Below, in pieces: positions 15,691 to 24,763 of a DNA stretch of 64,000 bases; the stretch's first letter is position 1, and each line of letters starts with the position of its first letter. The notes below the pieces were generated by a model. The model did no database searches and was not told where the DNA came from. It saw only the letters and a list, made by a program, of their open reading frames with translations. Position numbers and translations under genes: made by a program. Source of the DNA: Fidelibacterota bacterium (lineage in GTDB: Bacteria > Fidelibacterota > Fidelibacteria > Fidelibacterales > DSDE01); contig JBJKQR010000036.1 of the NCBI GenBank assembly GCA_046735395.1, positions 22,231-86,230 on the forward strand, given 5' to 3'.

Positions 15691-18531
15691 ATAATAAAAA
15701 AAATACTCCTGTACATTCTGCTGTTACCCCTCTGCCTCACCGCGAAACTATCCGTGACGGTGGAGCGGCAGGATGCAGGCAGCACGCCGCAGATCATTGT
15801 AAATGGCGAAGCGGTCCGTCCCCGCATGTTCTGGGGAGCGAGCCGCAGCCGCGATGTGGAGATCAGCGAAAACTGGTCCGATATTGATTTTGATGTGTCG
15901 GTGCTCTTCGATGCCCATTCCACTCTGCACTTCCGATTCGGCGCCATTCCCGGAGAGGTGTGGCTGAAGGATCTGCGGGTCACGGACAGCGAAAGCGGCG
16001 AACCCGTTTTTCCGGAGAACACCTTTATGAATCAGGCCTCCTTCAGCAGCAACTGGAATGTCTATCCTCCCGGTGACCAGAATACGGTCGGAAGCCTGGA
16101 ATTCATCGATTCCTGCCTTCACGTCACCCTCACAGATCCGCCTACGGGCAGCTGGCCGGATTTTCATATCTACAGTGATTATATTCCCATTCCCGTCGGA
16201 AAAACCTATCATTATTCCTGCAGGGCCAGAGCCTCCTCGGCCCGAAACATCAAACCGGCCGTGTACCACGTAAATAACGGCTGGACCTATATCGGCGGGC
16301 CTCCATCAAATTTTGAGGAACAGATAAAAATGGCTGCAGCTGTGGGCGTGAATTTCATCACCTTCAATGTATCCAACTGCTGGCTGCCTCCCGAAGACGC
16401 GGAGGACTGGACGCCCCTCGACTTTGCCTGCCAGACCGTGATCAGCTGCAACCCGAATGCCCTGCTGATTCCCCGCGTCAGCCTGGATGCCCCGACCTGG
16501 TGGCTGCAGCGGAATCCGGATGCGGCGATGGTATATGAAGACGGAAGCACGGGAAGCATGGCTTCCATCTCCGACCGGACATACCGGGAAGAGGCCGCCC
16601 GGCATCTGGAAAAGCTCTGCCGGCATCTGGCCGAACAGTTTCCGGACAACCTGGCAGGAGTTCATCCCTGCGGACAGAATACCGGGGAATGGTTCTATAA
16701 TCAGTCCAGCGGGGCAAAACTGAGCGGCTATGACGCGGCGACGCTGCAGGCCTGGCAGGATTACAGCGGTGAGGCCGTCCCTATTCCCACACCGGCGGCC
16801 CGGCGGCCGGCAGCGAAACGTCTCCTGCTGGATCCGGCGGAAGACGGGCAGATCATTGCCTTCAATCATTTTCTTCAGGACGAAATGGCGGATTTTATCA
16901 TCGAACTCAGCGATGCGGCCCGCAGCGGACTGGGCGATGACAAACTCATCATGTTTTTTTACGGCTACCATTATGAACTTGCCGGCCTCTACAACAGTCC
17001 GGCCGCAAGCGGACATTACGCCCTGCAGAAGATCCTTGATGCACCGAATATTGATGTGCTCTGCAGCCCCATTTCCTACACGGATCGCGGGCCGGGCGAA
17101 AGTGGCCCGGACATGAGTTCGGTCGAAAGCGTCCTGAGAGCCGGAAAAATGTGGCTGAATGAAGATGATACGCGGACGTACCTGAGTACGAATCAGGCGG
17201 ATCACGATCGTTACGGCGGCTGTGATACGCAGGAAGAAACGCAGAATGTCCTGCTCCGGAATCTGGCCCAATCGGCTCTTCGCGGTTACGGCAGCTGGTG
17301 GATGGACCATGGCGCAGGCACCGGCGGCGGATGGTTCGCAGACAGCGGGCTCTGGGACGTCCTGAACCGGGAAGCCCCGCTTGACCAGACTATGCTGACG
17401 CCTTCCCCGCTTTATGAACCGGAAATAGCTGTTGTCCTCGGTGAAAACAGCATGCTGCATGTTTCGGGCGGATCCGCCACACTCGGGAAATATCTCGTCT
17501 ATAATTCCCGCAAATATTTCCCGAAGAGCGGAACAGGCTTCGGCCAGTATATGCTTCAGGATCTGGTTCGAAAGGGATCGGAATCGAAGCTGATCATCTA
17601 TCTCTCGGCCTGGGCCCTGAGCGCTGACGAACGGGAGGCGCTGATCCGGAACAGAGCAGCCGGAAGCACCCGTGTCTGGTTTTATGCGCCCGGATATATT
17701 GTGGATGACCGGACCGATCCGGCGGGCATGCGGGCCCTGACAGGATTTGAATTCCGGGAAGCAGATCCGAATACCGGAATGGCCACCGCGACGGATGCGG
17801 GCAGGGCGGCGGGCCTGGCCTCCTCCTGGGGCTTCAGTGACAGGATCCGTCCGCTGTTCACGGTCGATTCGGCGTCCTGTACGGTTCTGGCCCGCTATGA
17901 TGACGGGAGCCCCGCCATGGCCGTGACCAAATCCGATTCGGGGCGGGACATCTTTGTCGGTGTCCCCATGTTCACGGAAGAGCTGATGCGGTCCCTGGTC
18001 AGACTCGCCGGTATCACCCCGGTGACCACTGACAGTGTCCTGCTCTGGATATCGCCGGACTATTGCGCTCTTCACGGCGTCCGGGACGGAGCGGTGTCGC
18101 TGGCTTTTGATCCGGATGTCATCGCGGTTCAAGACGCCGTCACCGGGAACACGCTCACGTCAGGCAAGCACCTGACCCTGGCCCTGATGAAAAGCGAAAC
18201 CCGCGTCCTGAAAATGCAGCGAAGCACTTCAGATTCCGGACAGACCATTCCCGCAGAATATCAGCTTCATCAGAATTACCCCAATCCCTTCAATACACTC
18301 ACCCACCTTCGGTACGGACTTCCCGAACTGTCGGATGTTCACATGACAATCTATGATTTGTCGGGCCGGCGGGTCCGGGAATGGAGTCTGAAGAGTCAGA
18401 GCGCCGGCATGCATGATATCATCTGGAACGGGACGAACCAATACGGTGAAGCGGTCGCCTCCGGACTCTACATCTGCCGTATGCAGGCCGGAAATTTTGG
18501 GGCTGGCCGGAAGATGATATTTCTGAAGTAA
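15691..18531 (+). CDS. Secreted glycoside hydrolase (GH42/beta-galactosidase-like fold) with CBM-like insert and FlgD-Ig/T9SS-type C-terminal domain; start uncertain (first GTG at 15754)
   Basis: GVHPCGQNTGEWFY, FFYGY, CSPISYTDR, WLNEDDTRT, WWMD motifs; QNYPNPFN..KMIFLK; in-frame signal peptide IKKILLYILLLPLCLTA upstream of the first canonical start. Confidence 0.75.
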   Translation: MIKKILLYILLLPLCLTAKLSVTVERQDAGSTPQIIVNGEAVRPRMFWGASRSRDVEISENWSDIDFDVSVLFDAHSTLHFRFGAIPGEVWLKDLRVTDSESGEPVFPENTFMNQASFSSNWNVYPPGDQNTVGSLEFIDSCLHVTLTDPPTGSWPDFHIYSDYIPIPVGKTYHYSCRARASSARNIKPAVYHVNNGWTYIGGPPSNFEEQIKMAAAVGVNFITFNVSNCWLPPEDAEDWTPLDFACQTVISCNPNALLIPRVSLDAPTWWLQRNPDAAMVYEDGSTGSMASISDRTYREEAARHLEKLCRHLAEQFPDNLAGVHPCGQNTGEWFYNQSSGAKLSGYDAATLQAWQDYSGEAVPIPTPAARRPAAKRLLLDPAEDGQIIAFNHFLQDEMADFIIELSDAARSGLGDDKLIMFFYGYHYELAGLYNSPAASGHYALQKILDAPNIDVLCSPISYTDRGPGESGPDMSSVESVLRAGKMWLNEDDTRTYLSTNQADHDRYGGCDTQEETQNVLLRNLAQSALRGYGSWWMDHGAGTGGGWFADSGLWDVLNREAPLDQTMLTPSPLYEPEIAVVLGENSMLHVSGGSATLGKYLVYNSRKYFPKSGTGFGQYMLQDLVRKGSESKLIIYLSAWALSADEREALIRNRAAGSTRVWFYAPGYIVDDRTDPAGMRALTGFEFREADPNTGMATATDAGRAAGLASSWGFSDRIRPLFTVDSASCTVLARYDDGSPAMAVTKSDSGRDIFVGVPMFTEELMRSLVRLAGITPVTTDSVLLWISPDYCALHGVRDGAVSLAFDPDVIAVQDAVTGNTLTSGKHLTLALMKSETRVLKMQRSTSDSGQTIPAEYQLHQNYPNPFNTLTHLRYGLPELSDVHMTIYDLSGRRVREWSLKSQSAGMHDIIWNGTNQYGEAVASGLYICRMQAGNFGAGRKMIFLK

Positions 18532-18606
18532 CCGGCACGATACGGTGACTCTGTAGTCAGACAGTTCAGCGATTTTCCTGAAGGTTCGCTCTGCCCGGAT
18601 CCCGGA

Positions 18607-19362
18607 TCACCATTTTGTATACTGCCGGACCAGGGATTTGGGCTTCCGGCCACTCAAAAAATAGTCTTCGATCATTAGGGATTCCCTGAAAATGAAGTGT
18701 GCATTTTCTATCTTTTCGTTAACATTAAACACGGCCTTAAATACGAGATCATGCCATCGTTTATTTCTTAGAAACTTGAATTTCTTCAGAAATTTCGAAT
18801 AGATGAGACGGCCGAGAAAAAACCGCCAGCGATCCAATTTACGCATCATTGCATCCGCCTGCTTGACGCTTAATCCGGTCCTGTTCAGCTGCCGGCGCAC
18901 ATCTTCCCGTATCTGAGTCAACAGTTCGGCACTGTGCTCTTTCAGGAACAGATAGACACTGAGCTCCCGGTCAAAGGCATCGAGAATTCCCGGCATCGCC
19001 TGGTCTGTCATTTTACCGTTTTTATAATATGGGACATGCTTGTACATCAAGGCCATCGCCGAAATATAGGGCGCGTAGATAATCTTTCCCCTGAGTTCCC
19101 GGGGTTCAAGCCAATCTGCCGAAACAGATTGGATGGAGCTTTCCTTCCGGACTCTCAATTTATAGGTGATGCCCCTGAATGTTGTCAGGATGAACGGACG
19201 GTTCGCATCATCACTCTCCTGCTCCAAAAATTTGAAGTTCCAGTCCTCGTCATTTCCGAACAGATGATCATAATCGGAATTCAAGGTGTCCTCAGCTTCC
19301 AGCCGTGTTGCAGATGGATTTACAAATGTAATCCGCGACAAATTCTTCAATTTTACTGCCAT
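18607..19362 (-). CDS. Hypothetical protein
   Basis: 251 aa ORF with strong SD (AGGAGAGGT) before ATG; no recognised motif. Confidence 0.75.
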   Translation of the reverse strand: MAVKLKNLSRITFVNPSATRLEAEDTLNSDYDHLFGNDEDWNFKFLEQESDDANRPFILTTFRGITYKLRVRKESSIQSVSADWLEPRELRGKIIYAPYISAMALMYKHVPYYKNGKMTDQAMPGILDAFDRELSVYLFLKEHSAELLTQIREDVRRQLNRTGLSVKQADAMMRKLDRWRFFLGRLIYSKFLKKFKFLRNKRWHDLVFKAVFNVNEKIENAHFIFRESLMIEDYFLSGRKPKSLVRQYTKW

Positions 19363-19708
19363 TTTACCTCTCCTTTTTCTGGGTGTAATGACAGAGACCT
19401 GCGCTAAAAGCGCACGGAAAACTGGTTATCGATGGAATGGGGTATTCTGTTCATCGATGGTTTAGCACATTTTTACCGTGGTTGCAATCATCACAAATCT
19501 CCACTGTTCACATTTTTCAAAAAGCGTGCTTCCTTCAAGCACCGGCACGATAATACCAAAATAGGGGGGAAACTGCAAAGGAAAATTTCTCAGCGAATAT
19601 CTTTTATGACTAATTGCCGTGAAAATGGTATAAAAAAGTTAACCCGCTAAATTTTGATGTGTGTAAAACTTTCGCTTTTCGAAAGGCGTATGTTTTACCC
19701 GCCGGATC

Positions 19709-19737
19709 TTGATTTCACGGCCATATTCCTCTATTAT
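19709..19737 (+). promoter_or_regulatory. Sigma70-like promoter
   Basis: TTGATT-N17-TATTAT upstream of the 19773 CDS. Confidence 0.55.
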
Positions 19738-19772
19738 GAAGCTGGGGGACACATTCTCCCGAAGGAGGGGAT

Positions 19773-20468
19773 ATGAAGTATTTACTGACCTTGGTTCTGC
19801 TCATAGGCATGATGCTGGGCAGCGGCTGCGCCACTTTCCGCAGTGATGTGACGGGCAGCGATAAAACCTTCGCTAAACCGGATACAGGACGGGACGCAGC
19901 GCAAAAGGGAAATCAGACAGATGTAACAGTCCTGTTTATTTTTTCTCATTACCGGCAGACACTGGGCTATGATGCCATCCCCAAGCTCGAAAAGGAATAT
20001 CAGATCATCCGGGGATTCGATGATTTTTTTCAGGATGCCATGAAGGAGTTCAGCAATGTGGGCACTTACACGGCATACACGGTGTTCAGTTCAGATGTCC
20101 ATGACCCGAAACGCCGGGCCCGGAAGGACAGCCTCATTCACCACAGCGACTATGTGGTCCGGGTGGATATCCTCAATCAGGATGTATTCAGCCATCGCAT
20201 CCTGGCGATTCTGGGTTCCGTTGTCACTGCCACCCTCGCCCCCATGCCTTACACGCATCTCTACCGCATCACCGTCACCGTCGAAAATCCGGAGCGACAG
20301 CTTTTGGGAACCTACATCCGGGAAGCCCATACCCGTAAATGGGTGGAAGCCCTGCTGATCTTCGCCTATCCCTTCCACCCGGAAAAACGGAAGGTCGAGG
20401 AGCTTTATGTGGAAATGCTCCATGATGCCTTCCGCAGCGTGGAAAAATACCGGAATCTCACGGATTGA
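19773..20468 (+). CDS. Hypothetical lipoprotein
   Basis: AAGGAGG SD; MKYLLTLVLLIGMMLGSG-C lipobox-like signal. Confidence 0.8.
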   Translation: MKYLLTLVLLIGMMLGSGCATFRSDVTGSDKTFAKPDTGRDAAQKGNQTDVTVLFIFSHYRQTLGYDAIPKLEKEYQIIRGFDDFFQDAMKEFSNVGTYTAYTVFSSDVHDPKRRARKDSLIHHSDYVVRVDILNQDVFSHRILAILGSVVTATLAPMPYTHLYRITVTVENPERQLLGTYIREAHTRKWVEALLIFAYPFHPEKRKVEELYVEMLHDAFRSVEKYRNLTD

Positions 20469-20475
20469 GAATGGG

Positions 20476-21240
20476 GATGCGTATGTGCGTTAAAGCGTAG
20501 ACGGGTTTGCGGGCTGGCGGGTTGATGCGTTGATGCGTAGATGAGTTGACGCGTAGACGGGTAGACGAGTAGACAGGGAAGAAACGGAAGCGGTAAAGCG
20601 GTAGAGTTGTAGAGTGGTAGAGTTGGGAAGAAACAAGATTTTGCCCTGCTATGGAATATCGCACAAACGGGCAACTCGATACTCGTTACTCGCTACTGAG
20701 CGAAGCGAAACGAAGACGGGCTACTCGATACTCGCGCAGCGAATCAGGTCCGCAAGGCCAGAAGGGCCGGGACTTTGTACCTCCTCTTTGTTTTGGAGCA
20801 TAAGAAAAACAGGATTTTAGAGAAGGAGCGTTTATGAATTTTAACAGGGTCGCAGTGCAGCCGTTAAGAATCTATTCGGCCTGGCTTTGCAGGCATCGAG
20901 AGATTCAGGCGGAACGGAGGCCCTGTCCCTGTTTTTCTTCAGCTCCAGGACTCTCTTTGTTTCTTTCTCTGGTCAGTCAGAGAAAGAAAGAGGGGACTCA
21001 TATCGATGTAGCGTTCATGAGGAAGCAAGTTTGCGGGTTTGTTGGTTGGATGGTTGGCGGGCTGGATGGAGTGTTGCGGTGTTTGTGGGCTGGCGGGTTT
21101 GTGCGGAGAAACAGAACCCTGCCTCCTGGCTCCTTGCTCCTTATGCCTTTCAGCTCGCCTGCCGCGTCGAAGCTTCAGCGGAGACGGGCTACTCGTTACT
21201 CGATACTGTCGAAGCGAAACGAAAACGGGCCTGCCGACAT
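20476..21240. repeat. Composite intergenic repeat region: degenerate 8-mer and 7-mer tandem tracts, repeated GAAGC..ACGGG modules, central structured segment
   Basis: GAYGNGTW 8-mers 20476-20575; (A/T/C)TACTCG 7-mers near 20672-20734 and 21189-21207; GAAGCGAAACGAA.ACGGG at about 20702 and 21211. Confidence 0.8.
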
Positions 21241-21401
21241 CCGGCCTCTTCTTCCTTGTTCCTGTTTTCGAAATAATCCTTTTTCACCATTCATATAAAC
21301 TGTAATTTCCGCCGGATCGAAAATCGGCAATACAGAGTTTGACCGCAATTTTTTATGCCGTGAACCCGGTTCCGGAATATTTGAAGAGAAAAGGATTTCG
21401 A

Positions 21402-22553
21402 ATGAATAAAATGCTGCCGCGCGAACGGATACAGGCTGCCATGGAAGGCCGGAAGACAGACCGGATTCCGCTCATGTGTCAGATGAGCATCGGCCACATG
21501 CTGACCCAGCTGGACGTATCACCGGCTGAATTCTGGTTTGACCGGGAGACCTTTGTCCGGGGTTTGCTGGATCTGCGGGATCTTTATGATTTTGACGGGA
21601 TTCTGGTCAGCCTGCACGGGCATTCTCCCGACTGGCGGCAGGACGTTGAAAAGATTGAAATCCGCGACAGGATGGAAACGGTAGTCTGGAAAAACGGTGA
21701 TCTGACCCTCTGCCCGCCCGATGAACTGCCGTATTATAAATACAGGACGCCACGGAAAAAGATTGATCTGGAAAATCCGGCCGGATTTCAGCTGCCCGAG
21801 TCTCTGGATTATATCCCTGTTTCCACGGACCTGCATTTCAGGATCGATCCCGGACATCCGTTTGCAGCCATAGAAGACATCATGGCGCAGGCAGGCTCCA
21901 CCTATTCGGTTCACGGCGAGATTACCTCGCCTCTGGACTATCTGCTGGATCTGGCCGGCTATCAGGAGGCTCTGCTGGGCCTGATCATGACCCCGGACGC
22001 ATGTAAAACCATTCTGGCACATTTTACGGAACTGATCATGGATCTGGCCCTGAAAATGGCCGATACGGGCGTGGATGCCATCAAGGTCTCGTCGCCTTTT
22101 GCCGGATCCGGCTTCATTTCCATCGATCATTACCGGGAATTCGTCCTGCCCTATGAGAAACAGATTATTCAGGCCGTGAGGGCACGCGGAACTCATATCT
22201 ATCTGCATACCTGCGGAGCCATTGACGACCGGCTGGAAGACATGTTCGACAGCGGTGTGAGCGGCATCGAATGTCTGGACCCGCCGCCGCTGGGAAATGT
22301 GGAACTGGATCAGGCCTTTCAGCGCATCGGTTCACGTGGATTCATCAAGGGCAACCTGGATTCTGTCCATCTCCTGCTGAACCGGGATGTCCCCACCATC
22401 CGCGATACGGTCTCGGAGATTTTGCGGAAAAACCGTCAGCAGCCGGGATTCATCCTGAGCACGGCCTGTTCCATCGCTCCCGGTGTGGAAGCGGAAAAAA
22501 TACAGGTTCTGCGGGATGTGGTCGAAAAATTTAAGAATCCGGCTCAATCATAA
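21402..22553 (+). CDS. Uroporphyrinogen decarboxylase / MtaA-CmuA family protein
   Basis: PRERIQAAMEGRKTDRIP, YREFVLPYEK, YLHTCG, KGNLDSV, FILSTACSI; ATG at 21402 after AAGGA. Confidence 0.85.
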   Translation: MNKMLPRERIQAAMEGRKTDRIPLMCQMSIGHMLTQLDVSPAEFWFDRETFVRGLLDLRDLYDFDGILVSLHGHSPDWRQDVEKIEIRDRMETVVWKNGDLTLCPPDELPYYKYRTPRKKIDLENPAGFQLPESLDYIPVSTDLHFRIDPGHPFAAIEDIMAQAGSTYSVHGEITSPLDYLLDLAGYQEALLGLIMTPDACKTILAHFTELIMDLALKMADTGVDAIKVSSPFAGSGFISIDHYREFVLPYEKQIIQAVRARGTHIYLHTCGAIDDRLEDMFDSGVSGIECLDPPPLGNVELDQAFQRIGSRGFIKGNLDSVHLLLNRDVPTIRDTVSEILRKNRQQPGFILSTACSIAPGVEAEKIQVLRDVVEKFKNPAQS

Positions 22554-22581
22554 ATACAACCGGGATAGGGTTTGAATTCCT

Positions 22582-22944
22582 ATGCTGAATGAACGCTCCA
22601 AGGTCAGCCAGAACGATGAGAATTCCAGACGGCGCTGGTACTGGAATGACCGTATCGACCTCATTATCTGGTATGATCTGACAATGAATGACATACAGGG
22701 ATTTCAGCTGTGTTATCGGCTGGATGAGGAGGAGAAGGCCTTCACATGGAGAGAAGGCGCGGCGCCTCAATATACAAAGATCGACGGTGGCGAAACGCTG
22801 CCCACAAAATACAAACAATCTCCGATATTGCTTGCAGATGGCCCGGCGGACACCGGACTGTTACTGGAAATGTTTCTCCGTGAAAGTCAGAATATAGAGC
22901 CTGAGCTTCGGAATTTCATAACATCAAAACTTCAGGAAGCCTGA
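22582..22944 (+). CDS. Hypothetical protein
   Basis: 120 aa globular-looking ORF (RRRWYW..DLIIWY..GFQLCY..FTW..PILLADG) co-oriented with the upstream gene. Confidence 0.75.
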   Translation: MLNERSKVSQNDENSRRRWYWNDRIDLIIWYDLTMNDIQGFQLCYRLDEEEKAFTWREGAAPQYTKIDGGETLPTKYKQSPILLADGPADTGLLLEMFLRESQNIEPELRNFITSKLQEA

Positions 22945-23058
22945 TATCTGACCCGTCCCTGTTGGCCGGAACCGCCGGTTATGGGTTCCGGAACAGGCTC
23001 CCGGGATTTTCATCGGCCTCATTCTGATAACCGGACTTATCCGTTGCGGCTCCAGACC

Positions 23059-23087
23059 TTGTAAATCGTAAACAGGCCGCGTATATT
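23059..23087 (+). promoter_or_regulatory. Sigma70-like promoter
   Basis: TTGTAA-N17-TATATT upstream of the 23105 CDS. Confidence 0.5.
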
Positions 23088-23104
23088 TATCCACTGATCC
23101 TGAA

Positions 23105-23863
23105 ATGGATGTTAGCAAGCAACTGCAGGAGGGCCACTCGATGTTTTTTTCAGACAAAGTCGGAATTGCATTCAAACCCTTCGGCATCCTTCATTTTTCC
23201 CTGTTCATCCTGATCATTGCCGGAGTTTTGCTGCTTTATATCTTTCGCGAACAGATCCGCAGCTTCAGATACGAGCGGCGTCTTGCGAAGGGCATGGCGC
23301 TCTTTGCGCTGTTCTGGGAATTCTCTCTCTATGCCTGGCATGTAGGCAATGGCCATTACGACTGGGCGGAGATCCTTCCCATCGGACTCTGCGGCTTTAC
23401 GCTGTATCTGGGCATGACGGCGCTGTTTTTCCGCAAAAAAGCTGTCTTTGAGATCGGGTACTTCTGGACCTGGGGGGCTATCGCCAGCGTGCTCTTCCCT
23501 GACATCAGCTACTCTCTCGACCGCTTTCGCTTCTACCAGTTCATGATCGGGCACATGTTCTTTTTCATCATGTACATGTATATGATCTTCGTCTACCGAT
23601 GGGTCCCGACCTGGACCTCCTGGCGCCGCAGCGTGCTGGCCTTATCGGCAGTGACCCTGATTCTCATCATTCTGAGCAATCTCACACACCGGAATCTGAT
23701 GTTCATGCTGAACTCGGAGGGCACGCCCCTCTCCATGTTCGAAGGCCACGGCTATGCGCTGTATCTCCTCGGCGTCATCGGACTGTCGGTCGCGGTGATG
23801 GCGGTATGGTATATTCCCTTCGGATTTGTGAATCAGAGAATGAATATACAATCACCTGAATAA
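23105..23863 (+). CDS. YwaF/TMEM164-like integral membrane protein
   Basis: F.PFG..H, LPIGLC, LFPD....RFRFYQFMIGH, N.MF motifs; about 7 hydrophobic segments; start may be the second ATG after GGAGG. Confidence 0.75.
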   Translation: MDVSKQLQEGHSMFFSDKVGIAFKPFGILHFSLFILIIAGVLLLYIFREQIRSFRYERRLAKGMALFALFWEFSLYAWHVGNGHYDWAEILPIGLCGFTLYLGMTALFFRKKAVFEIGYFWTWGAIASVLFPDISYSLDRFRFYQFMIGHMFFFIMYMYMIFVYRWVPTWTSWRRSVLALSAVTLILIILSNLTHRNLMFMLNSEGTPLSMFEGHGYALYLLGVIGLSVAVMAVWYIPFGFVNQRMNIQSPE

Positions 23864-23927
23864 AAAACAGAGATATTCCGGAGAGTGAATCCTCTCTGAA
23901 AAGAACTAAGCAGATACGAGGGACGAT

Positions 23928-24650
23928 ATGAAAAAGTACAGCATTGCACTGATACTGATTTATTTTTCACTTGCTCATGGCCTGGAAATGAGGAAAGGCT
24001 GGGGAATAACTGCCGGTACGAGCATGCCAAAACTTGAGCAGGTAAAACACGATGTTGCCGATCAGCTCGTGGGTGACGAAATCATTGACCTGACCTACAT
24101 CCCCTTTTCTGCAAATATCGGATTATTCACGGGTATCGAGCTGAACAGGACGCTGGGCCTGTCTGTCAGAACTGATATTATCTTTGCAGGAGCCCGGTCT
24201 GTGTATTCCGAAAGCATTACAAACGCATCCGACGACTGGAATTATGATGAAATTCACCTTACTTCAAGTGCGGTGAGTATCCCATTGCGGCTTGATCTGA
24301 ATTATTTCTTGCCATACAGGATCCGGAATCATCCCCTCTCACTTGGAATGATGGCCGGTATTCAGTACAGCGAATGGGACGAAAGCCTCATCGGCAAAAC
24401 CGGCTGGTGGATCTTTGCAGACACGAGCAACCCGGAAAACATTATAAGCTATTCAGGATCTGACACTATTTATTCTTTCTATCTGGGATATGAAATTGAT
24501 GAGTCAAAACAGCTAGGGATCGGTTATACTAAATCCTATGCCGAATCCTCCAGATGTACAATCGGTGATGGAGATGCTTTTGATCTGGCCGGTTACCCCA
24601 TCGATTTTTCCGGATTCTTCCTCGAACTGAATGTGAAATATTTTTATTGA
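23928..24650 (+). CDS. Hypothetical exported protein, probable outer-membrane beta-barrel
   Basis: Signal peptide, alternating beta-strands, C-terminal GFFLELNVKYFY. Confidence 0.65.
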   Translation: MKKYSIALILIYFSLAHGLEMRKGWGITAGTSMPKLEQVKHDVADQLVGDEIIDLTYIPFSANIGLFTGIELNRTLGLSVRTDIIFAGARSVYSESITNASDDWNYDEIHLTSSAVSIPLRLDLNYFLPYRIRNHPLSLGMMAGIQYSEWDESLIGKTGWWIFADTSNPENIISYSGSDTIYSFYLGYEIDESKQLGIGYTKSYAESSRCTIGDGDAFDLAGYPIDFSGFFLELNVKYFY

Positions 24651-24763
24651 TAACTGAATGGACGCATCGCTTATCGCCCCCCGGCGGAACAGGTAAAAAA
24701 ATCCTTTTTCACGAGGGGACGAACTGATTAACTTATTTTAGCAAAGATTTCAGGGGTGAGCCG

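Noticed and set aside
16306..18132. 608 aa antisense ORF, and similar long shadows at 1026-1973, 24728-25849, 30308-31852, 44070-44999, 46561-47454 and 57560-58921
   Set aside because: They lie opposite well-supported genes, have no recognisable motifs, and are expected from codon bias
20476..21240. Possible CRISPR array
   Set aside because: Units are 7-8 nt tandem oligomers without constant 23-47 nt repeats and unique spacers; no cas genes in the window
20614..21305. ORFs of 68-154 aa in the repeat spacer
   Set aside because: Low-complexity translations of the repeats in several frames; no protein-like motif
18607..24650. Integron-like cassette array of small unrelated genes
   Set aside because: No attC-type RYYYAAC/GTTRRRY ends found, several genes have their own promoters, orientations are mixed and no intI is present
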